Assembly: GCF_009914755.1 (NCBI RefSeq)
Contig: NC_060938.1
Direction: 5' to 3' (one strand)
Source of the DNA: the human T2T-CHM13v2.0 reference genome, Homo sapiens
Length of the DNA: 64,000 nucleotides
Of this stretch, positions 54,923 to 64,000 are shown piece by piece (positions within the stretch are counted from its first letter, which is position 1; every line of letters starts with the position of its first letter). The position numbers and the translations under genes are program-made. Below the pieces are notes generated by a model. That model saw nothing but the letters and a program-made list of their open reading frames with translations, was not told the DNA's origin and made no database searches.

Positions 54923-57900
54923 CCCCGCGTTACGCTAATGTCAAACAGCAGGGAAAGGATTGAGCTGGCAGGTGTAAGGGCTGGGCCCAATAGGTAACTC
55001 TCTTTTCCCTCATCTCCCAACCAACTGACAGACCGACCCAGGAATCAGATAGATGGATGATAACAACTTATTATTATTATTTTTTTTAACTGAGAAAGGT
55101 TGTATTGGAGAACATGACTTAGAGTCAAGTACAGTTATTAACTCTTCCCGGAATTGAATGTAACCTCCCAAATATCTGGCCTCTTTGGCAGCTCTGCCGC
55201 ACTAAGCTCTCTACATGGCCGAGGCACCAGACCAGAATGCGCCCTTTCGACAGGCAGAGAGAGCCAAAGGGGAAAAGAGCTGAGTCAAGGCTGCCAAGTT
55301 CCTGCTTCCAGCCCTACCAGCCGGTCACTCGCGCCTTGCAATGAGGAAACCAGGAGTCCTATCTAGGTAAGTTGTTCCGCCTGGAAACTCGAGGCCCGAG
55401 GAATGGCTGCTCTTTCCTAACATCAGAGGTAAAAACTCTGAGAGCTTTTGTCCCTTTGGAGACCACGGTCACATTAGGCAGGCAGCTCAGCTGGCTTCAG
55501 AGTCACTGTGACATAGGGTCTCTGATAATGTCTTATGGAGTCTGGGTGAGTAGCCCCTCTGTCCTACCCAGCGACCTCTTTCCATAACATGCGGGGTCCA
55601 CAGCTGGCAGGGCTGGAGGACCCCATGGAAATCCAGGTGGTGGCTGCATCTGCAGATGAACTTCGGAAGGCAGGAGCCAATTGGTGAGGTGTACGTTTTT
55701 GAGGACAGAGAGCTGCATTTCATCCCTTGCTAAGATCTTGTTACTTTAGAATCTTCCTTCAGTCCATGAAGAAGCTGCTTTTCTTCCAGGTGCAGGTTTC
55801 TCACCTCTATTACAAGAAAATGACTCTGAGTTCAGACTGATGGCCTTAATGCCTGATAGTGTGTTGTTAGTGATATGTAAAACCAGGCATTGAACCCCAG
55901 TGTGTCTAGCATTGTCTAATCATTTAATTGGCCATAATGATTTTATTATCTGGGTTGTAAAATGGGACAATTGGCAATTTTTTCCAAGTGCTTCCAGGTT
56001 GATTATATATGTAAAGGGGAGGAGGTATATAATATCTATACACCCAGTAACTGCTTTTTCAAATTACATTCATTCCTCTTTATTTTATTTGAAAGTGTAT
56101 GGAGTTCAACATAGTTCAAGGAAAGCATTGTGGTAAACAGCCAGCTTAAATGTGAGCAGTGTAAAGAGCAGCAGCTTGCAGAAATATTGCTATAGATACT
56201 AAGGCCGCATCCTGCCTCGATACGGACCACACATAATTGAATCATGTTCAATAGAAGGCCATTACAAAACCGAACATATTTGCAATGCTAATGTGGGGAA
56301 GACAGCTGTCACAGGGAATTAAATATGATCATTCAGAGCTTGAATAAATGAGGTGTCCATTATCTTCTGGCTGTGTTGCAGGCTGCTTGAAGAACACAAA
56401 TAAATGATACTGTTGCAGTAACCAGCCCATGGTTTTGTGTTTTAGTCATAGAAATATGAGAGAGATGGAGGTGCGTGGCGGGGAGGGAGACAGGGATATA
56501 GAAAAAGGCTTGGCAGATAAATATAGGCAAGAGTTTTATGCCCCTTCCCCCAAGAAACCGTGAATGCACAGACATAAAACTCTACTTTTGATGCCTGAAA
56601 TAGATTTTAATTCTATTAAACATTTTTGTCAAGATTCATCCTTTCTAAGACTCAAATCACAGCCAACTCACAAAGGAGGCTGAATGTTGAAAGGGTAGAG
56701 TGGGGAGTAAACAAAGCTAATCCTTTTGTCCCTTCCCCAAGGCCTTCCTTCCCATCCAAATGGATAATAAAGATAACAGAGAACTTCTTCATGGATAATC
56801 AATCTGCCAATGAACATAAAAGGTACTTGGATCAGTGCTGGTTTTAAAAATGCCATTAATTATCCAATTAACAGAAAGGGAGGCTTCCTTTGATTGGATC
56901 TGAGGAAACTATCTACAAATCAGTTTTCTTATGTTAATAACAGATACTAAGCTGTCATCTTTTGATGAACACGTAAGAAAGTTCGGAACAATCTTAAAAA
57001 AAAAGCACTTAAAGATATGACCATCCTTGTTTCCTGAGGAATATCTGATACACGTAATGCTAGAGCATGGTTTATTAGTCTGAAATTACATGACACTGTG
57101 ATTGAGAGAGAAAACCCAACCCTCTATGAGCAGTGGTCTTTCTTTATGAAAGACAGCTACTGGTGCAAAATGATCCCTTGAAAATAAACAAGGTCTGTGG
57201 AAGGCTTGGGTTCTTGTCTTTTTGACTTTATTCTTCTCTGTAAATATCAGGAAACTTAGCAGTCATCCAAAATGCAAAAACAAAAAAAAAAAGAAAAAAG
57301 TGGTACTAAAAGAAAGAAATAGATTATGTGTGTTTGTATCTATTTTTGTATATCCCAAGAAACTTAGCATTGGATATTTTCTGTATTGTGGCATATAAAT
57401 TACATTTATGCAGCATATAAATTCAATTCAAGAAGGTGTTATATTTTTAACTTCTAAGGGCTCTGGGTGTCTTAGTGCTGCTTGTCTGTAAATTCTAACA
57501 AGGTGGTTTCATGAGTTTATGTAATATTTTCGAAATGAAATGTGAAAACAACTGGAATTCCAAGAATTTGTAGTGTGACAGAGCTGTATATAAAGATTAT
57601 TACTCCACACTCACAATATAACACTTCTTCTATCAGGGCTCATATATTTTTTAGGTGGTTAAAAATATATTCCTTTGAGGGAAGATTATTAGTAGGATAG
57701 TCATTGTGATGGGAAGAGAAAAAATAAATAGGATTTTGAAAAATTCTCTAGAACCATGGCTTGGAAGGAACTTTCAGGAGTGATGGCATTCATGCCTGGG
57801 CTGGAAGAGCTGCTACCTCAAACAGAAGTCATCCTGGATTCAGGATTTCTAATTTACTAGAAACTTGAATAATTTAGTAGGTGATTAAGTATATGTCTTG

Positions 57901-58266
57901 GCTGCAGCCTTAATTTTTTTTAAGAAATAGAATTTTCTGTCTGATTGTAAATATATATGTTTATAATAAAAACTTCAAACAGGACAGAAATGTATGAAAT
58001 AGCAAGTAAAAGTTTCACATAATTTCAGCTTTCCAGAGATAATCTCTATGAACAGTCTTATTTCTACATTTTTCCCTGTGCATATACAAATCTCTTTTTT
58101 CTCAACAATATATGTATGGTTTTGTTTGCTTAGTTATATGTCAATAGGCATCTTTTCACATCTGTACATGTAGACCTACTTTTTTTATATCTGCATGTAT
58201 AGATGTACTTAATTTTTAAAAATGAAATATTCTGCTGTGTATAATAATACTTATTATAATTTAAAC

Positions 58267-58487
58267 CAAGTGTTGGCAAACTATAGCTTGCAGGCCACAT
58301 CCTCACTTGTTCATGTAGATAAAGTTTTATTGGAACACAACCACACTCGTTTGTTTATTGTCTGTGGCTGCCTTAGCGTTACAGTGGGCAAGCTGAGAAG
58401 CTGCAATGCTGTATCGCCTTGAAAGCTGAAAGCTGTGCAGCTATGTTACTATATTGCCCATTTACAGAAAAAGTTTATCGGCTTCTG
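58267..58487. mobile_element. MER58A-like hAT-Charlie element
   Basis: TIRs caagtgttggcaaact / aagtttatcggcttctg with an 8-bp TSD atttaa(a/c)c. Confidence 0.8.
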
Positions 58488-58867
58488 ATTTAACCAATCA
58501 TATGTGTTGAGTGTGTAAATTGATTCTTATATTGTACCATAAAAATAATATGGCGATAAATATATTTGTATATATAAATACTAAAACCCATGTTTGTGTA
58601 TTTATTCACTATTTCCTTAGGATGGGTTCTGAGACAACTGCTGAGTCTTGCCTTAACTTCTGTGGCCCATTAGTCTTCTTCCACTTGATAAATTCCTTTG
58701 CTAAATGATGTTTCATAACAACCAATTTTTCGTGACATAGATTTTAGAATCAGGAAGACCTGAACTTTCTGCTTCTATAGTTATTAGCCGTTTGATTGCA
58801 CAGGTTTTTGGCTGCAAACAACAGAAATCAATTCTAGCTAATTAAAGCCAGGATCTTTATTGGATTT

Positions 58868-59767
58868 TGTGCAGTCAAGGGTTAACCCAGCAGGTGCAGA
58901 TTGCTCAAGCCCTGAACATTCCAAAGAAAGGCCTGTCTTTAGGAGGACTGGCCCTTGACAGGTTCCTGGGAGACAGCCTCTGAGCCCTTGGAACATCCTG
59001 CTTGAGACGAGTGTTTTTGTACTCCTGAGGCCTTGTGTCATGTTGTACCGGTGTGATCTCTGGGGGCTGGACACTGGGTAGCGAAGTAGTGGTCACACAG
59101 GTGCTGCCTAGCTATCTGAGCGGCTGGCAATAGACACACCCTAGATGCCAAAAATTAGGTGAACTTCCATGGTTGGCAATGCTTCTCTTGTGTTGCCTCA
59201 CATCACTGATGGGAGAGTTAAGTGCTGTCCATGCAACTCTGCTCAGAGAGACAACTAGAGACTTGTTCCTAGTTCCTCTTCGACTCCACCCTAGGAGTCT
59301 TTTACCTTTGCTGATTTTATTTTACTTTTAATTAATTAATTTATTTTTAAAGAAATAGTGTCTCACTCCGTTGCCCAGGGTGGAGTGCAGTGGCACAGTC
59401 ACAGCCCACTGCAGCCTTGAACTCCTGGGCTCAGGCTATTCTCCTGCCACAGCCTCCCAAGTAACCGGGACTACAGGTGCCACCATGCCTGATTTAAAAC
59501 TTTTTTTTTTTTTTGGTAGAGACAAAGTCTTGTTTTGTTGCCCAGGCTGGTCTTGAACTCCCGGCTTCAAGCATTTCTCCCGTCTCAGCCTCCCAAAGTG
59601 CTGGAATTACAGGTGTGAGCCACTGCACCTGGCTTCTTTGCTAATTCTGATCTTTATCCTTTTGCTGTAATAAACCATAACCATCAGTATACATAACAGT
59701 TTTTCAGAGTTCTGTGAGTCCTTCTAGTAAATCATCAAACCTGAGGGTGGGCTTGGGAACCCTGACA
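58868..59767 (+). mobile_element. Solo LTR (MER77/MER21-group-like), interrupted by an Alu
   Basis: tgtgcagtcaagggttaac...gagttctgtgagtccttctagtaaatcatcaaacctgagggtgg...ccctgaca. Confidence 0.7.
59317..59635 (-). mobile_element. AluJ-like element
   Basis: Diverged antisense dimer with TSD ctttgct(g/a)att. Confidence 0.9.
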
Positions 59768-60534
59768 TCTGCATATGTATGTGTATACATTGTAGTGAGT
59801 AGCTCATACATGTAATGAGAAGGCTAGAGAGTGAGGCTTGGAATCAAGACAGAACCTATACAAAAGCATGGTCCATTATATTTCTTGTCAGGTCAAGACT
59901 ATTGAAATGATCAGGCGCTAACTTTTCTGTGTGGGACTCAAGAATCAAAGTTCTGGAGAGTGCTAGCTTAGGGCAGGTGCTGCCCTCCCTCTCTTGCTGC
60001 ACAGGTGACGGGAGGGAACCTCTGAGGGAGAGAGCACGTGAGGCTGTAGGCCCCTTGCTGTGGTGGGAAAACAGTACACACACCTCAGTCAGCAAATACT
60101 TATAATCTACTATATACCTGTGTTATGAGCACTGAGGATATAGGTGAGAACAGGAAAACATCCTGCCCTTAGGGCGCTTGTGTTCTGCTAAAGTAATTCT
60201 TCAAAAGGGAATTGATGTGCTATTAGGAAGGAGTTGTGGATGCTGGATAGTCAAAAGATAGCAACCGTCTAGTTCAGTAGACAAGTTACTCAACCTTTGT
60301 AAGTCAGTTTCCTCATCTGCAAAATGGGGATCAATGATGATGTAATTAGACTATTGGCTGGGTTATCTTGAGATAACCTTTATGTTTGGCTTGATTCAAG
60401 AAATGATGTTTATTGTTGGAGGATGAGAGAGTTCTAAATTTTGAAATCAAACCTACATGGTTCACACTCCAGTAACTTTTTAGCTCTTGATCTTACAGAA
60501 GTTATTTAATGTCTGAGTTGGTGTGTCTTCATAT

Positions 60535-60678
60535 GTGCGCAATCTGTGCAGTCACACACGTCCCTGAGCTTTGTTTAATACTCTGTTGCTGTCGTTTTGA
60601 CATTCTTGGTAATTTTTGAACAAGAGGCCCTGCGTTTTCATTTTGTACTGGGCCCTGTAAATTATGTAGCTGTGGTCC
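60535..60678. mobile_element. MER91-like hAT remnant within a MIR
   Basis: aatttttgaacaagaggccctgcgttttcattttgtactgggccctgtaaattatgtagc. Confidence 0.55.
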
Positions 60679-61970
60679 CATCTCTGAGCTTTAGTGTCCT
60701 CATGTAAATGGAGATAGTAATACATACCGCATTATTTTTCAGTGGTCTCATTTTAAACTCTTGGTTTAAAAGTTTTACATGAAAAAGTTTATCCTTTTCC
60801 ATTTGTCTCCCTTTCAGAGATAATAGTATCACATGGTGCTCATATGGGTCCATTTCATTTATTTTATGGAAAGAAAGCAAACCTCATTTCTTACAGGAAG
60901 ATGAAATATTAATAAGCCCAAGGCATAGACAAGTTTCATGCTCTGCAATGAAGAATCATACCCTGAATGTTTCAACATCTTTCACAGACCACTCAGTGTT
61001 TTTATATGAGGAAATTGTTGAATTTAAAGCTGAAGATATAACAAAATGTAGAGCAATTCATAAACTTATATAACAGGAATATAGCTGGCCCTTGAAGGTT
61101 GGTGCTTTGATGTAGAGTGTGGTATAAAAGCAAACTTCAGTATTGTTAAATGCCCTCTTATAACTAATTCTTGCAATTTAGGTCCTTGCAGTCTAGGGCA
61201 GAAATAAATAAAGAACCATGTCGCCCTATACTGGAGAAAGTAAATTTGAATGAAAGGTTAAAGTAAAAGCAATAAACCATTTCAGAGTGCTTCAAGTATG
61301 ATGGCATGGTTGTCTTTTAAAATATAGTACTTGTATTTAATTTGCACCCATCAGCAGGTAGAAAGAGAAATGGAAAAAAGAGAAAATAACTTTACAGATC
61401 AACAGAGGTCTATTGAGGTAATAAGAGGTCTAAGGTAAGCATATGTTCAAATCCTGGCAATTAAAAAAATTTATATTTGGATTTCTATCTTCAACAATAG
61501 TAAATTATGTGTTGGTGTGAAATCTAGCACAATTTGGAGCCCTGACCAAATTTCTTCGAAAACTTTGAGGCATCCAAATATGCCAGTAAGATGCATGCAT
61601 GTATATGCATGTGGGTACACCTGTGTTTGTGTATAGTATGAAGGTAGGAAGTGTTTGAGACTGCCTCATGGTGAGGTGGAAGTACACTTTAGGTTTGCTT
61701 CTCTTGGTGGCTCTGTGAAGGCCTATATGTAAACAAACTAGGATTTTACAATTTGGCAACCAGGGGCTGTTTAAAAATTCAGAGAGAAGCTGTATTGAAA
61801 ACAGAAAAATTTTTAACTGATTTTTTAAAATACCAGTGGAAAAATAGTTCGTCAAAAGGAAATAAACCTGAGTTGAGTTAAAAAATGAAATTATTGAAAT
61901 TCATTGAATTAAAAAGTATTCCTACAGAAGGAGCAAAAATTGGATTAAAAACAACAAAAGTATTCCTCCT

Positions 61971-62116
61971 GTGATGGGTATGCTAATTACCCTGATTCGA
62001 TCATTATAGATTGTATATGTGTATCTATCACAATATCATTCTGTACCCTATGAACATGAACAATTATTATGTGCCAAAAATAATTTAAACAATGGGATTT
62101 ACAAAAAAAGAAGGAA
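61971..62116 (+). mobile_element. Very short L1MA-type 3' end with TSD
   Basis: gtgatgggtatgctaattaccctgatt...tgtaccctatgaacatgaacaattattatgtgcca; perfect 15-bp TSD AAAAGTATTCCTCCT at 61956-61970 and 62117-62131. Confidence 0.85.
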
Positions 62117-63739
62117 AAAAGTATTCCTCCTAACTTCATGACTCTAGCAGTGAAGAAAGACAAGGAAGAACATGTATAATCCTACAAGCAGGCTCTGCAG
62201 TGTGGGGAGTGAGGGCGGTGTCAGCCGTGAAAATGGTGGACCCCTTCCATGAAGAGCTTTTAATTTTGCAATTAATAGAATGTCTGTTTTATTTTGCACC
62301 AAATTTAAGCTTACAATGCTACCCCCACTTGAACTTTAACCAATAAGAGGAAAATGAGCACTGGCCTGGGGTCCAGGGGATGGGAGAATGAGAAGAGCAC
62401 GTGTTTTTAAAATTCATCATTCATTAGTTCATGTTTATAGGCTGAAAGCTTCTCTTCCAACCTCAAAGGTCAACAGTGTAATAATGCTCTTTATTACCAT
62501 GATTATGATAAATAGTTACCTTTTGCCACTTTGACTGTGCCACTTTGAAAAATTACTTTTGAAAATAGTTTTTCTTCAGTCCTCCCCTCTCCCCCACCCC
62601 CTGAGAGTGGCGAAAGGGAATTACTGGTGTTGAATCATGCAGGGACTCGGAGGATACAGAAGTGGGTGGGCACAGGCCACACACAGTGCGCATGTCTGGG
62701 AGAGGGGTTAGTGAAGAGCAAGACAATATCAATGGTTTCCTTTCCTGCAGTGGGAAAGTGATTGGATTTCAATTTGGAGGCTTTGGGGTTGAGTCTGGAG
62801 TTCAGTAAAGCTGCTTGTAGAATGCGAGTGACAAATCCTTTTTGTGTGTTCATGTAAAGTATATATGTGTTGGGTTTTTTCAAGGACCCCAGAGATAACA
62901 TAACTTGAATCCATGACATGGAGTTGGTCAAGTGTTAGGGAGAAGTGCAGCCGGGTTCTACAGCATAAATGGGAACTTAAGTTGGTAAAATAGTCTAGAT
63001 TTTAGATTTAGCAACTTGTGTATTTTTTATTAAGCTTGAGAGAGCAATGAAGGGACTGACAAGAGTAAAAGAGGTTTTGGGAAACAACTTCTTTAAGATG
63101 TTCCTCAAGAAGGGTGTGTGAAACACCTTGTAATTGGTAGAGTTTGGGGAAAATCAGAAACATGAGGATAATACCTAAAAATGGAATGCCTCCTGGGCAT
63201 GGGACCTGGACAATTTATAAGAGGAATATTATATTTTTAATGTTAATGAAACAATCTTGGATTAGAATGTAACTTCCTGTAATGTAATTAGGCAAATACG
63301 CTGCTGCCCTGCTAACAAGAAGGCATATTTCACTTTAGGCAGTTGTTAAGTTCTAGCCATGCTAGAATTTTTCTTACCTGATTTTGTCATTGAATGAGCA
63401 GAGAGATATCTTATACTCAGTGTTTCAACCTTGATGGTGCCATTCAAGTATGAACTACGATAAACTATCATAGTTGGCTAATTTATAAAGTGTTATATAC
63501 CAGGACGATCTCCCAGACATAGTTGAGATTTAGGTGTTTGAAAGACACTCTGTAATACTTACAATCAAAATGAAAACCTCTCAACCACCTTTTTCTTCTG
63601 TTACTCACGGATTGATTCTCACGAATACCCAGTGTTTTCTTCTTACCTTATCTCTATCCTTAATAGAAATGAGTAATATTTTGACTTGAAAGATGCTGGG
63701 TGTTCCAACCAGATAAAAAGCACCAGCAAAGACACAGAG

Positions 63740-64000
63740 GGCTGGAGATTTAGGGGTGGTAGAGTTGCCCAGAGGTGTCTGGACATGCAGTGTGATGTTT
63801 TAGCAGGGACTCTAGGGTGAGAGGAGAGGTTGAAAGAGAACATTGTAAGATGGAACCAAAAGATAGATTGGGGTTAAATCGTAAGGACCATTACAATCTG
63901 TGATCGGTGATTTCAAAAAGTGACTCTGGTGGCAGTGTGGAAGCAGGATTAAAGTGGACTAAGTACAGTGAGGTCAGAAAACCAATTATGTTGTCACCTG
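63740..64000 (-). mobile_element. L2 remnant
   Basis: tttcaaaaagtgactctggtggcagtgtggaagcaggatt resembles L2. Confidence 0.5.

Overview
This window is primate, very likely human, intronic or intergenic DNA. I find no recognisable protein-coding exon, RNA gene or gene promoter, and I cannot name the host gene. The ORF track is explained by Alu, L1, SVA, microsatellite and minisatellite sequence. Main landmarks: (1) a ~2.75 kb minisatellite (3843-6597, 102 x 27 bp) whose GC-rich inner units are CpG-island-like, with about a third carrying a perfect PRDM9 13-mer (CCNCCNTNNCCNC) that the edge units lack; (2) a full-length minus-strand SVA (probably SVA_E) with a perfect 17-bp TSD, a (GGGGGA)7 hexamer head and an internal ~171-bp triplication; (3) a 5'-truncated L1PA inserted in the linker of an Alu, with both TSD pairs visible; (4) solo LTRs, including a MER41 with two intact GAS sites and an LTR8A with a perfect ARE; (5) an unexplained 94-bp direct repeat 2 kb apart. 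There are also about 20 further Alus and many MIR, L2, L1M, MaLR and DNA-transposon remnants. Repeat subfamily names come from remembered consensus sequences and need RepeatMasker/Dfam confirmation. The best candidate for something new is the PRDM9-motif and CpG-gaining minisatellite, and that is a hypothesis rather than a demonstrated system.
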